IMG/VR virus record: IMGVR_UViG_3300037193_001894
Location: 17,352 to 81,351 of that record
Reading direction: 5' to 3' (one strand)
From: a virus
Length of the DNA: 64,000 nucleotides
Shown piece after piece: positions 26,257 to 36,588 of the stretch. Position numbers and translations under genes: made by a program. The notes beneath the pieces were generated by a model. The model was not told the origin of the DNA. It did not search any database and was given only the letters and a program-made list of their open reading frames with translations. How positions within the stretch are numbered: the first letter of the stretch is position 1; the number at the start of each line of letters is the position of its first letter.

Positions 26257-28794
26257 TTACTCGGAGGCCGGGACGGCGGACGGGATGACGAGGGACTCGC
26301 CGAGGACGATGTTGGTGCCGTAGACCGAGGAGGAGGCCCGGGCTTCGCCCTCCCAGACACCTCGGGGCTGGTCGCCGTCGAGGTACCCCTGCTCGAACTC
26401 GGTGAGGTCGAGACCGTTGTCGGTGACGAACGCGCAGTCCACGTAGATCACGGTGCCCGAAGGGGGCGGGGGCGCGTACCCGGCGTCGCCGATCTGCGGA
26501 GCCGAGGCGAACTCGATGAACAGCAGCCAGTGCGTGGCCTGGTCGCTGGTCGCGGTGTTGAGGTAGCGGAACGGCTCCCACTCCACCCCCGGCCCGATGC
26601 GTACCGGGAAGGAGATCGAGTCCTCCTTGACGAAGACGCTCACGCCGTACGGGCGCTCGTAGTACCGGGCGTACAGCGTCACCCAGATCTCGTCGTCGGG
26701 GCTGGAGATCTGGACCTCGCCGGAGAGCGTCCGGAACTCGGGGATCCGGAACATGCCGTGGTGCTCGCCCTGGAGGTCGCCCTGCTCGGGGCCGTCGGGT
26801 CCCTTGACCAGCAGGCCCGCCCGCTGCCCCGTCGATCCGACGGTGTACTTGAACACCCGGTTGCCGTGGTGGGAGTTGTTCACCTCCACCATCTCGATGG
26901 CGACCATGTTGAACTCGACCGCGAGGATCTCCACCGAGGGGTTGGCCTCGATGTTGACCTGCAACCCCTCGCTGACCATCCAGGACTTGAGCAGCGCGAA
27001 GGTCTGCGGGGTGCCGAAGTAGTAGGCCAGCGGCGTCGCCCAGTCCCCCGTGGTGGCATCCGCCGTCCGAGGGATGAGGTAGCCGTTCACGTCGAGGGCG
27101 CGGAAGAACTCGTCGGAGAAGGTGATCGAGTACTCCTGGACCGTCCCGTCCCCGGTCACCGGGATCTGCTCGTTGCCGAGCATGTAGGTCTGGCTGACCG
27201 AGCCGAGGTACCAGGACCAGACCGCATCGGCGGTGCTGCGGACCCGGACCTTCATCTCCATCGCGAGCACGTCGGTCATCGTGGTGCGGCCCTCGGGCAA
27301 GGAGACCACCGCCGAGGGGCTGCTCGACCAGGCCTCAGCGAGCCGGACTCCGGTGGCGTCGTCGCCGTCGGTCCACGGGTGCGTGCCGCTCGATCCGACC
27401 GCCACGAAGTCCCCGGCGATCGCACTCATCGCGGCGGGCTGGGCCGAGGCCTGGGTGATGTCGGGATCGGCGGTGTCGAGCCCGCCGTAGAGCGAGAAGT
27501 GCAGGATCGTGCAGTGGTCCTGGTAGGTGGGGTTCTCGCTGAACTGGTCGAGCCAGGACCAGCCGAAGTAGCCGTTCCCGTTCGGGGTGATGACCGGGAG
27601 GATCCAGTCCTCGTAGCCGGAGAGGGTGTAGTGGTTCTCCACCGCGTCCTGGCTGCTGACCTCCGAGTCGAGGTGCAGGGTCGGCGCGGTGTACTCGTGG
27701 GTGGCCGTGAGGGTGTCGTCGAGGATGAGCAGTTGCAGGGTGCGTCCGATCTCGGTGTTCTCGAACGGGTCGCTCTGGTCGAGGTCGATGACGGTGACGA
27801 AGTTGCCGGGCTTCCACTCCTGGAGCCACCAGATGTAGGAGCCGCGAGAGCCCCGGGTCTGGGCCAGGATCACGTCGGGGTCCGCCACGAGGTCCGTGCC
27901 GTTCCACCGGAACCGGCGCAGGATCAGCCGGTCGGAGAGGTCGCTGGCCGAGTTGTTGTAGGTGGTCTCCTGGATCGCGGCGATGACCGAGCCGTCGCTG
28001 GCCCCGCAGGTGTTGACGAAGCCGGTGACGCCGTTGGAGGACGTGTAGGTGTAGGTGTAGAAGTCGGCGGTCTGGTCGAGCAGAGTCCCGGAGTAGTCGT
28101 AGACCCGGAAGTACTGGTGGTCGCCGCTTTGGAGGTAGTCGGTCTGCACCTTGACCGCGAACACGCCGGTTCCGAGTGTGTGAGCCCTGCCGGGCGACCA
28201 GGAGTCCTTCGCCCCCAGCGGGACCACGAAGGACAGGTCCGGGAGGATGGTCTCCCCGTCCCCGGCGATGTCGAACCGGATCAGGAAGACGCCCCGGTGC
28301 TCGGTGGCCCCGTTGTTGGTCCAGCCATTCACGAAGATGACGCCGTGCACCGTGTTGCCGGTGCGCCACCAGGAGTCCGCCCAGTCCGAGTACGACGGCC
28401 TGGCGTCGAGCACCGTGGCCCACTCGGCGGGCAGGTTCTCCGAGGAGAAGATGACGGTCGGGGCCACGTCGTCGGCGGAGGGGTTCTGCGCGACAGCATC
28501 GGTCGCGGGCTTGTCCTTGACGATGCCCGCAGCCAACTGCCCCGGGCTGCCGTCGCCGATCGAGTTGGTGACCAGCACCACCCCTCCCCCGATCGGGTGG
28601 TACTGCGGCACGTGCGGCTGCTGGTCGGCGAGGTACTTGCGGTCGGAGACGCCCTGGGAGCCCAGCCGGGCGTTGACCAGCGCCCCGGAGGCGACCAGCA
28701 CCCGGTCGTCGGCCAGGGGGTAGCCCTCCGGCGTGTAGCCCCACTGCCCGAAGGTGTTCGGGGCCAACTTGGTGACGGCGAGGGTCTCAGCCAC
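26257..28794 (-). CDS. Large minor tail / baseplate-associated protein
   Basis: GTG 28794 with GGAGG RBS; C-terminal YLDGD...WEG...ASSS motif typical of virion carbohydrate-binding modules. Confidence 0.7.
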   Translation of the reverse strand: MAETLAVTKLAPNTFGQWGYTPEGYPLADDRVLVASGALVNARLGSQGVSDRKYLADQQPHVPQYHPIGGGVVLVTNSIGDGSPGQLAAGIVKDKPATDAVAQNPSADDVAPTVIFSSENLPAEWATVLDARPSYSDWADSWWRTGNTVHGVIFVNGWTNNGATEHRGVFLIRFDIAGDGETILPDLSFVVPLGAKDSWSPGRAHTLGTGVFAVKVQTDYLQSGDHQYFRVYDYSGTLLDQTADFYTYTYTSSNGVTGFVNTCGASDGSVIAAIQETTYNNSASDLSDRLILRRFRWNGTDLVADPDVILAQTRGSRGSYIWWLQEWKPGNFVTVIDLDQSDPFENTEIGRTLQLLILDDTLTATHEYTAPTLHLDSEVSSQDAVENHYTLSGYEDWILPVITPNGNGYFGWSWLDQFSENPTYQDHCTILHFSLYGGLDTADPDITQASAQPAAMSAIAGDFVAVGSSGTHPWTDGDDATGVRLAEAWSSSPSAVVSLPEGRTTMTDVLAMEMKVRVRSTADAVWSWYLGSVSQTYMLGNEQIPVTGDGTVQEYSITFSDEFFRALDVNGYLIPRTADATTGDWATPLAYYFGTPQTFALLKSWMVSEGLQVNIEANPSVEILAVEFNMVAIEMVEVNNSHHGNRVFKYTVGSTGQRAGLLVKGPDGPEQGDLQGEHHGMFRIPEFRTLSGEVQISSPDDEIWVTLYARYYERPYGVSVFVKEDSISFPVRIGPGVEWEPFRYLNTATSDQATHWLLFIEFASAPQIGDAGYAPPPPSGTVIYVDCAFVTDNGLDLTEFEQGYLDGDQPRGVWEGEARASSSVYGTNIVLGESLVIPSAVPASE

Positions 28795-31700
28795 GAGGCA
28801 CCTCCCTGATCCACTGGGTCGCCACGACCGTGCCTCCCTCGGCCTCCCAGCCGTCGGTGTTGCCGCTCTCGCCACCGGGGTTGATCGAGAGGTTCCGCCA
28901 GAACGCCGTGGGGGTCTCCACGACCGGGGGCTCCTGGAGCAGGAACTGCCGGTAGAGGAACCACCAGTTCTCCGGGATGGGCTTGCTCCAGGTCTTGAAC
29001 ATCGGGCTGTCGGTGACCGCAGGGAACTGGTCGTACGGCGTCTGGTTCGGCCCGCCGTGCTCGATGGTCTCGCGGGGCATCGCGCCCAACTCCATCGTGG
29101 AGTACCAGGGCCGGATCAGCAGCGCGCTCACGTGGGCGTTCTGGCGGTAGGAGCGGACCCGGAAGCGCAGGCTGGAGCCGTCCCCGACATCCTGGGTCTC
29201 CGAGGGCACCGAGGGGAACAGGAAGGCCGCGTGCGGGTTGTTGCGGATGTCGAAGACCCGGTACCAGGTGTTGCCGTCGTCGTTGGAGAACTCCCACACG
29301 ATGGGGTCCTCGAACAGCGAGATGTTGTCCACGTAGAAGGTGTCGCGGGTCGCGCCCTCCTGGTAGAGCCGGACCGAGACCCGGCCGTCGTAGCCCTCGA
29401 AGCCCTCGGCCTGGTTGACCAGCGCCACGTCGTCCCAGGTCGGCGCGTACGGCGCGGGGTCGGACGCCTCGATGGCGTCCCAGGTGCCCAGCGCCTCCAC
29501 GTCGGCCCAGGTGCGGCCGGGGTCGGGGACGGACCCGCCCTCGCCGACGGTGTGTCCGACGTACCACTCGGTGATCCGGCCGGGCTGGGCGTAGGCGACC
29601 TCATCGGCGAGCACCTCGCCGGTCTCCGCGACGATCTGGAGGTGCAGCGGCCCACCGAGGTTGGTCGGCGCGTACACCCGGGCCGCAGCGTAGATCCGGC
29701 CACCCACGGCGGGGTAGAGGAACTGGCTGCTCTCGATGCCCCCGGTCGAGGCCGGGGTGCCCTCCAGGGTGTCGGCAGCCAGGTCGTCCCAGACCGGCAG
29801 GTTCGGGTCCGGCTCGGACCCCTCGATGTCGTTCCAGGTGCCCATCTGCTCGATGAAGTTCCAGAACCCGTTCGAGGCCAGGGAGTCCCCGGCGACCGCC
29901 ACCCGGTCCACCCGCACGGTGGTGCCGATGTCGGTGTTGAGGTCGCTGCTCTGGGTGATCTGAGCCCCGCCGTAGCGCCTCCAGCGCAGCAGCCGGGGGT
30001 CGTTGAAGTCCGGGTCCGAGAGCATCTGGTGGGGAGGCGTCTGAGAGGTGGCGAACTGGATCCCCCGGACGTTGCGGCGCGAGGAGAGCACCTTGCTGGT
30101 GGCCTCGACGTAGCCGCCGATCAGGGAAGCGGCAGTGAGCCCGGAGGGGCTGTCGAGACGCCAAGGCCGAGCGCTGGTCTCCAGCACGTCCATGTCGTGG
30201 AAGTGGAGCAGGTACTCCTCGGTGTCGTCGGCGGCGGTGTAGTCCACCTTGAACATCCGGATCGAGTTCAGCCCGACGAAGTAGGCCACCTTCGCGGTGT
30301 GCCGGACCTCGATGGTCTCGTAGTAGTGCCGACCGACCTGGGTGAAGCGCGGGGCCTGCCGGACGCCCTGGTGCCAGGGGATCAGGTTGAACGAAGGGCT
30401 CAGCGCCTTGAGCCGGTCCTGCGCGTTCGGGTCCTCGGCGTAGAGCGCCTCGGTCGGGGTGTACTCGGGGTAGACGTTCTCCGAGTGGACGAGGTTCATC
30501 AGGCGCTGCTGGTCGGCGAACCGGACCACCGCCCCGAGGTCCTGGTTGACCTTCGCGCCGGAGCCGCCCGGGGATGCCTCGGAGGCCCCGCTCACGTTGC
30601 GGAGCGCGACCGAGTTCTCGTAGGTCTCGCGGGTGAACACCTTGACCTTGCGGGTCATCGGGAAGATCGAGGAGTAGGGCTGGGCGACGAGGTTGGTGAA
30701 CTCGAACTTGAAGAAGCGGGCGAGCACCGGGTCGAACTTCAAGAGCCCCTTGTGCAACTTGAAGTCGCGGTTGATCGGGGTCCACTCCAGGGACTCGTAG
30801 ATGTCGCCGGGGCCACCGACGAACCCCCACGGGTTGATCGAGTCGTCGCCGACGGTGCGGGTGTCGGGGTTCTGCCGGAGCAGCGCGTTGCGGGTGTGGT
30901 CCGGCCGCTCCTCGCCGATCTCCGGGCGGGCCAGGAACTCCCCGAGGGTGTCGGCGGACAGGAACTCCTCGCCGTCGAACGCGCCCTGCTTGAGGATCGC
31001 CCCGGCCAGGATGTACCCGCCCCGGCCCACGTCGGCGTTGGAGTCCTTGCGCAGCGCCCCGAACCTCAGGGTCCCGGCCAGGTCCTGGTCGGCGAACGGG
31101 AGCCCGGTCGCGAGGTCGATCCCGCTGGCCTGGGGGACGTACGGCGCAGCGGACGCCCCGGCGTTGAAGTCCGGCATCAGCATCTGCACCTGGTCGCCCT
31201 CGGAGACCACCACGACGCGCAGCGAGTCGTTGACGACGAAGGTCGCCGGGGCCGCGAGCGTCGCGCCCCGGACGGTGGCCACGATCTGGCTGTCCTTCCA
31301 CTCGACCCGGAGGCCGGGCCAGTCGATGAACACCCGGGGGTCGGTGGAGGTGGAGGCGAACTGCGGCTGGATGGCCAGCCCGACCCACCAGTCCTTGGCC
31401 GGGTCCCACTGGATCATCGTGTTGTCGATGTCGAGGTAGCCGAAGTCCTCGGCGGGGAACAGGACGCCGCTGGCCTTGGAGGACACCGCGCCACGGGGCT
31501 GGAGGCCCGGGAAGCGCAGCGGGGAGTCGGAGGCCTCGAAGCCCCCGGACAGGTCGAGCGCCTGGGCGGAGTAGTAGAGGTTGACGCTGACCCCGGAGGT
31601 GGTCGGGTCCACCTCGAAGCGGTCCACCGTCTGGGGTCCGCCGTTGCCGTCCCGGGCGTCGGCGTAGAGGTTGACCACGGCGTACGGCACCGGCTGGGGC

Positions 31701-32512
31701 TCGCACTTCCAGATGTCGTCCTCGCCGACGCGCTGCGACTTGGGGGTCCGGGCGATCGCGGCCCTGGTCGGCCAGAGGATGTCCGAGGCGCTGTACTGGC
31801 GCAGCACGAAGTCCACCGGGGAGCCGAGCAGGTCGGTGGAGGAGGAGAAGGTCTCGGCCAGGTCCACCTGCTGGGTGGGGGTGAGGTCGCCCGGCAGGTC
31901 GGTGCGGTCGGCGACGGTGTGGCCGACCTGGAAGTCCTGCACGGCCAGCGAGTAGTTGACCGGATCCCCACGGCGGTCCCGGGGGACGCCCTTGGTGGGG
32001 ATGCGGGTGAGCACCAGCCGGAACCGGCTGGCCTTGATGTTGCGCGAGTGCACGTTCACGTCGTGCCAGTGGCCCGCGCCCCGGTGCTGGTGGTGGCGGT
32101 GGGTGTTGTCGAAGACGCCCTCGTGGACCACCTTCGGGGTGGAGTCCTTGAGGGTGACCACCACCGGCTTGCCGTTGCGCTTGCGGCGGACCGGACGCCA
32201 CTCCTCGTACCGCTCGTTGTAGTACTGGAGCCAGGCCCGGCAGGGGAAGTTCGACAGCCTGAACTGGAACTTGTTGACCAACTTGGTCGTGTTCAGGCTC
32301 ACCTCCATCACCTCGCGGATCGGCGAGGTGGCCCGGCGCTGCGGGGTGGCCCAGAACCGGTTCGGGGAGTCCCACTTGGTGCCGCCCAGGGCAGCAGTGT
32401 TGGCCTCGTAGAGGCTCTTGAGGTCCTCCAGCGGCACGCCGTCGATGTAGAGCCGGGAGAGCACCTCTCCGTTCAGGCCCGGGGCCACGGAGATCGCGGG
32501 GATCTTAGCCAT
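28787..32512 (-). CDS. Large baseplate/tail structural protein
   Basis: ATG 32512 with GGAGG RBS; position downstream of baseplate J; beta-sandwich-like composition. Confidence 0.75.
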   Translation of the reverse strand: MAKIPAISVAPGLNGEVLSRLYIDGVPLEDLKSLYEANTAALGGTKWDSPNRFWATPQRRATSPIREVMEVSLNTTKLVNKFQFRLSNFPCRAWLQYYNERYEEWRPVRRKRNGKPVVVTLKDSTPKVVHEGVFDNTHRHHQHRGAGHWHDVNVHSRNIKASRFRLVLTRIPTKGVPRDRRGDPVNYSLAVQDFQVGHTVADRTDLPGDLTPTQQVDLAETFSSSTDLLGSPVDFVLRQYSASDILWPTRAAIARTPKSQRVGEDDIWKCEPQPVPYAVVNLYADARDGNGGPQTVDRFEVDPTTSGVSVNLYYSAQALDLSGGFEASDSPLRFPGLQPRGAVSSKASGVLFPAEDFGYLDIDNTMIQWDPAKDWWVGLAIQPQFASTSTDPRVFIDWPGLRVEWKDSQIVATVRGATLAAPATFVVNDSLRVVVVSEGDQVQMLMPDFNAGASAAPYVPQASGIDLATGLPFADQDLAGTLRFGALRKDSNADVGRGGYILAGAILKQGAFDGEEFLSADTLGEFLARPEIGEERPDHTRNALLRQNPDTRTVGDDSINPWGFVGGPGDIYESLEWTPINRDFKLHKGLLKFDPVLARFFKFEFTNLVAQPYSSIFPMTRKVKVFTRETYENSVALRNVSGASEASPGGSGAKVNQDLGAVVRFADQQRLMNLVHSENVYPEYTPTEALYAEDPNAQDRLKALSPSFNLIPWHQGVRQAPRFTQVGRHYYETIEVRHTAKVAYFVGLNSIRMFKVDYTAADDTEEYLLHFHDMDVLETSARPWRLDSPSGLTAASLIGGYVEATSKVLSSRRNVRGIQFATSQTPPHQMLSDPDFNDPRLLRWRRYGGAQITQSSDLNTDIGTTVRVDRVAVAGDSLASNGFWNFIEQMGTWNDIEGSEPDPNLPVWDDLAADTLEGTPASTGGIESSQFLYPAVGGRIYAAARVYAPTNLGGPLHLQIVAETGEVLADEVAYAQPGRITEWYVGHTVGEGGSVPDPGRTWADVEALGTWDAIEASDPAPYAPTWDDVALVNQAEGFEGYDGRVSVRLYQEGATRDTFYVDNISLFEDPIVWEFSNDDGNTWYRVFDIRNNPHAAFLFPSVPSETQDVGDGSSLRFRVRSYRQNAHVSALLIRPWYSTMELGAMPRETIEHGGPNQTPYDQFPAVTDSPMFKTWSKPIPENWWFLYRQFLLQEPPVVETPTAFWRNLSINPGGESGNTDGWEAEGGTVVATQWIREVPRG

Positions 32513-33878
32513 GCGGCACGGCCTCCATCCGGGGCTCCGAGAAGGGGTGCGAGACGAGCACGCCCTCCGAGGCGTACCGAGCCGCCAGCGCACGGCGGGG
32601 GTCCATGATCGACCGGTCGGCGGTGAACCGCTCGCGGGTGCCGTCGCGGTAGGTCACCAGTTGGTCGGTGCGGGTGTCGGTGATCGGCCCTCGGCCTGGC
32701 TCGTCCTTGGCGTCGTCGTTGGGGTCGAAGGAGTACGACTTCACCGCGACCACCTCGGGGTTGTACGACCACTCCGCAGCCTGCTGGACAGACCACGGGG
32801 GCTTCGGGATCGAGCGGCGGTCGGAGGCGAGCAGGCCCTCCAACTCCTGGCGCAGCGAGAGCGGGTACGGCTCGATCCCCTCGGGGGTGATCAGGTCGCC
32901 GCGAGGGGCCACCCGGGTGGAGACCTCCCAGTAGTTGGAGTCGGCCACCAGGTTGGTGATCGGCGCGTCGCGGTGCAGGGCCACGCCGTCGGGGTTGACC
33001 GTCAGCAGGACGCTGGCGGGCTTGAGCACGTTGAGCACCCGGATGATGGCGCTCATGTCCTCGGCCCGCTGCCGGTCCGCCTCGTCCTGGCCGTCCTCGT
33101 CGGCGATCCGGATGTAGTCCTTCTTCGGGTGCACGACGACCTCGGCCCGGGTGTTGATCCCGGTGCGGCCGATGGTCACGATGTCCTCGACCTGGCTCCA
33201 CGACGGCAGGTTCGGGCTGGGGTTGGACTGCTCGATCTGGTCCCAGGTGCCCAGGGCCTCGACCTCGTTCCAGGTGAGCCCGGTGCTGCCGGTGCCGAAC
33301 GTGTCGAGCAGGCTCCAGACCTCGTAGATCTCGCACTCGACCTGGGTGATCGCCTCGGCCGCAGCCTTGATGCCCGGCAGCGTCGCCCCGAGGTTGATCG
33401 CGGAGGCCAGCCTGTAGATCCGGTCCCGGAACGCCGCGTCGCGGTTCTCGATCTGGTCCCACTCGTTCGGCGTGGCCGTGTCGGTGTGGGGGTTGATCCA
33501 GAGCAGTTCGTTGGCGAAGCGCGAGATCCCGAAGATCGCCCCGTAGAACCGGTCGAGGTCGTAGAAGTGCGTGCTCTGCAAGGCGTTCTGGAACTGCACG
33601 ACCGTGTTGCGCTTGCGCAGTTGCCCGGCCCCGGACTCGCCGAGCAGGGCCTTCATCAGCCGGACCAGGTGGCTGTCCTCGCGCAGGTCGTAGAGGTTGT
33701 CCGGGAAGTGCGCCAGCCGGTCGCTGACGGACTTGTCCGGGATGGCCATGCCGGTGGCCGAGGAGAGGCCGGTGACCTGCGGGGTGCTCGGGTCGATCTG
33801 GGTGGACATGATGTCCTGGAACGGCCGGTCGGTGCCGTCGAAGAACGGCTCGTTCTGGGTGAAGATCGCCTCGGTCAT
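32505..33878 (-). CDS. Baseplate wedge protein (gpI-like position)
   Basis: Follows baseplate J; DLDRFYGAIFGISR, DAAFRDRI, GATLPGI, LKPA motifs. Confidence 0.7.
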   Translation of the reverse strand: MTEAIFTQNEPFFDGTDRPFQDIMSTQIDPSTPQVTGLSSATGMAIPDKSVSDRLAHFPDNLYDLREDSHLVRLMKALLGESGAGQLRKRNTVVQFQNALQSTHFYDLDRFYGAIFGISRFANELLWINPHTDTATPNEWDQIENRDAAFRDRIYRLASAINLGATLPGIKAAAEAITQVECEIYEVWSLLDTFGTGSTGLTWNEVEALGTWDQIEQSNPSPNLPSWSQVEDIVTIGRTGINTRAEVVVHPKKDYIRIADEDGQDEADRQRAEDMSAIIRVLNVLKPASVLLTVNPDGVALHRDAPITNLVADSNYWEVSTRVAPRGDLITPEGIEPYPLSLRQELEGLLASDRRSIPKPPWSVQQAAEWSYNPEVVAVKSYSFDPNDDAKDEPGRGPITDTRTDQLVTYRDGTRERFTADRSIMDPRRALAARYASEGVLVSHPFSEPRMEAVPHG

Positions 33879-35749
33879 CACAGGCCCCCGAACGAGTTCT
33901 CCGCCCGCAGCACCTTGACTGCGGAGTGGAACACCGGCAACTCCCCGTCGCCGAACCGCAGGTCGGAGGGTCGCCCGGTGGCATCGACGAACGACTGCGT
34001 GACGACGCCCTCGACCATCCGCTGCACGCCGACGGTGTAGCCGTTCGGGGCGGCGGAGTTGTACCCGGCGTGGTCGCCGCCGTGCAGGAAGCGCACGTTG
34101 TCCACGCCCGGGACGTTGTGGACGATCTGGAGCAGGTCGGAGATCTGCACCCGGCCCTGGAAGCCAGCCCGGACGAAGTGCTCGCCCAGCGCCCGGTCGA
34201 TCTCGGAGTTCACCACCGGCTGGTTGGCCCGGGGCTCGTACATGATCGCCAGGGAGAGCCGCAGTTCGACCAACTTCGCCTGGTGGGTCCTGGCGTCCAC
34301 CCCGAGCAGCCGCCAGCGCTCCACGGCCGTCTGGATGCTCGCCACCATGGCGTTGTAGAGGTAGGGCGCGGTGCTCTGCCCGCCGACCGTGAAGACCGCG
34401 CCGTCGGGCGGCAGGTAGCCGACGGCGTTGTGCCACTCCAGGCCGAACGCGGAGGTCGGGGTGTAGCCGAAGGCGTCGTCCTGGTGCACCACCCGGTAGG
34501 CGTAGCGGACGGTCTCCCCGCCGATCGTGGCCTCGGTCCCCATCGGGTTCGCTGCGGTCGCCAGGCCGAACACCTGGCCGCTGACGCTCAGCGTCGAGGG
34601 CACGGCCATGATCGGGCCGAAGGCGAGCGGGACGAAGACGTTGCCGATGGCCGGAGGGGTCTCGTCGAAGCGGCGGAACTTGTGCCGCGACAGGGGGTCC
34701 ACCGTGGGCAGCGCGATGTCGTTGAAGACGTTGGTGGAGTTGAACACGACGGTCTGCACCGCAGACTGAGCCCGACGGCCTCCGACCCAGAGGTCCACCC
34801 GGTTGGTGATGCCCGACTCCGGCCGGTTGCGGCTGGCCAGAGGCTGGTACTCGAAGTCCACCTCGATCATGGTCTCGTCGGGGATCTTGGTGGCGTCGAG
34901 CACGTTGACCTTCGGCGGGTTGACCGTGGTGTCCCAGGAGTAGTCGCGGCCCTTGAGCGCGATGTCTCCGGCGTCGATGTTCTCCCCGACGAACACCGGC
35001 TCGCTGTAGATGTAGAAGGCGTCGTCCACGGTGGTCTGGCCGACCCCGGCGACGATCTGCACCTGCTCGCGGCGCTTCTTGCTAGCGCCGATCACGTTGG
35101 CGGCGTAGCAGTTCGGGTCGTCCAGGGCGACGCCGAGGTACATCTGCTCGGTGCCCGCGAGGTTGCGGAAGACCGTCTTCTTCCAGCGGGTCCGCAGTTC
35201 CTCGTCGGTCTCCTGCGAGGTGCCCCCGGTCAGCGGGCTGACGTTGGCCACCGAGCCGACCCCGGCGATCGGGGTGGAGATGGCCGTCAGAGCGTTGGCC
35301 GCGAGGTTGCCAGACGGGCCGCTCTCGACCGCCTGGACGGCCACGGTGACGCTCATCGCCCCGGGCTCGATGTAGGCCCCCGAGACGGTCTGCACGACCA
35401 CCGGGGGCGTCGTGGTGGAGGTGATCTCGGTGTTGACCGGGATGAAGACCGTGCTGGTCAGCGAGGAGGACGCGGCGCGGGTGAACACCACGGTGCCCGA
35501 GGCCCGCTTGCCCGCCAGCCGCGCCAAGCCGAACAACTGCACGAAGTCGTCGAGGTCGGCCTCGATCTTCGAGTCGATGTCGTACTGGTAGGACAGCAGG
35601 TAGGAGTCGATGTAGGCCTCGGCCACGGACTCCGACACCGCGTCGATGATCTTGCGGGTGGTGGTGCCTACCGAGGTGTCGAGTTCGGGATCGGTCAGCC
35701 GCAGGGTGGAGATGATCTGGCTGGCCACATCGTTGATTCGCGCCGTCAC
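33878..35749 (-). CDS. Baseplate J / gp47-family protein
   Basis: LDDFVQLFGLAR...ASGTVVF, GPSGNL, GGTSQETDEELRTR. Confidence 0.92.
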   Translation of the reverse strand: MTARINDVASQIISTLRLTDPELDTSVGTTTRKIIDAVSESVAEAYIDSYLLSYQYDIDSKIEADLDDFVQLFGLARLAGKRASGTVVFTRAASSSLTSTVFIPVNTEITSTTTPPVVVQTVSGAYIEPGAMSVTVAVQAVESGPSGNLAANALTAISTPIAGVGSVANVSPLTGGTSQETDEELRTRWKKTVFRNLAGTEQMYLGVALDDPNCYAANVIGASKKRREQVQIVAGVGQTTVDDAFYIYSEPVFVGENIDAGDIALKGRDYSWDTTVNPPKVNVLDATKIPDETMIEVDFEYQPLASRNRPESGITNRVDLWVGGRRAQSAVQTVVFNSTNVFNDIALPTVDPLSRHKFRRFDETPPAIGNVFVPLAFGPIMAVPSTLSVSGQVFGLATAANPMGTEATIGGETVRYAYRVVHQDDAFGYTPTSAFGLEWHNAVGYLPPDGAVFTVGGQSTAPYLYNAMVASIQTAVERWRLLGVDARTHQAKLVELRLSLAIMYEPRANQPVVNSEIDRALGEHFVRAGFQGRVQISDLLQIVHNVPGVDNVRFLHGGDHAGYNSAAPNGYTVGVQRMVEGVVTQSFVDATGRPSDLRFGDGELPVFHSAVKVLRAENSFGGL

Positions 35750-36177
35750 AGGGTCACCGTCCGGTTGAGTTCCACGTCCAGCCCGGCCTGAGTGGTCAGG
35801 CTGATCCGGATCGAGATCGAGTCGTCACGCACCTGGGCCTCGATGTCGTTGACCTTCCGCACCACGTCGGCCGTGGCGAAGCGGCTGCGGCGTCCGTTGA
35901 GCATGTCCTGGTAGACCTCCTGGTCCTGGATCGCGATGTACTGCGCGATCACCCGGGACACCTCGGAGCGCACCTGGAACTCCATGTCCTCGGTCAGGGG
36001 CTGGCCGATGTAGTCGATGAGCACCGAGCCCCATCGGTCCCCGTGGAACCGGTCGGTGCCCCAGCGCTCCCCAAGGGCCAGCGAGAGGTCCTGCCGGACC
36101 TTCGTCGCTCCGGAGACCACGGCGTGGCCGGACTGACCGACCACCAGGTCCCCGTTGCTGAGCGCGAGAGTCTTCAT
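35746..36177 (-). CDS. Baseplate wedge / sheath initiator (gp25-like)
   Basis: MKTLALSNGDL, GTDRFH..WGS; immediately upstream of J. Confidence 0.8.
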   Translation of the reverse strand: MKTLALSNGDLVVGQSGHAVVSGATKVRQDLSLALGERWGTDRFHGDRWGSVLIDYIGQPLTEDMEFQVRSEVSRVIAQYIAIQDQEVYQDMLNGRRSRFATADVVRKVNDIEAQVRDDSISIRISLTTQAGLDVELNRTVTL

Positions 36178-36231
36178 CCGTGCACCTCCATCCCTTCATG
36201 GGCCTCACCGGGGGACCGACAGCGAATGCGC

Positions 36232-36588
36232 TCAGTCCAGCGACCTGGTGAACGAGGCCCCCTCCTCGACGACCAGCCCGAGTTCGAGCAGCGCGTCGAG
36301 GATCTCGATGGTCAGCGGGTCAGCACCGTCCCGGGGCGCGGTGATCACGGGCGGGGTCGGCTTGCTCGCCTTGGTCAGGAAGACCCATCCGCCGAACTGC
36401 TTGGTGATCGTCCAGACATCGCCCGGCTTCGGCCACGCGCCGCCGCCCATGCGGCTGAGCACGGACACCTGGACCTCCATGCCCTGGCTGTCGCGGCACA
36501 GCGCGAAGCCGTGGTCGGAGATTATTTCATGTACCTGGACGCGCTTCACGTCGAACCCGACGCCTCGGGTCATCGGCTGCCTGGCCAT
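36232..36588 (-). CDS. Small baseplate protein (spike position)
   Basis: OB-like N-terminus WPKPGDVW; between hub and gp25-like gene. Confidence 0.6.
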   Translation of the reverse strand: MARQPMTRGVGFDVKRVQVHEIISDHGFALCRDSQGMEVQVSVLSRMGGGAWPKPGDVWTITKQFGGWVFLTKASKPTPPVITAPRDGADPLTIEILDALLELGLVVEEGASFTRSLD

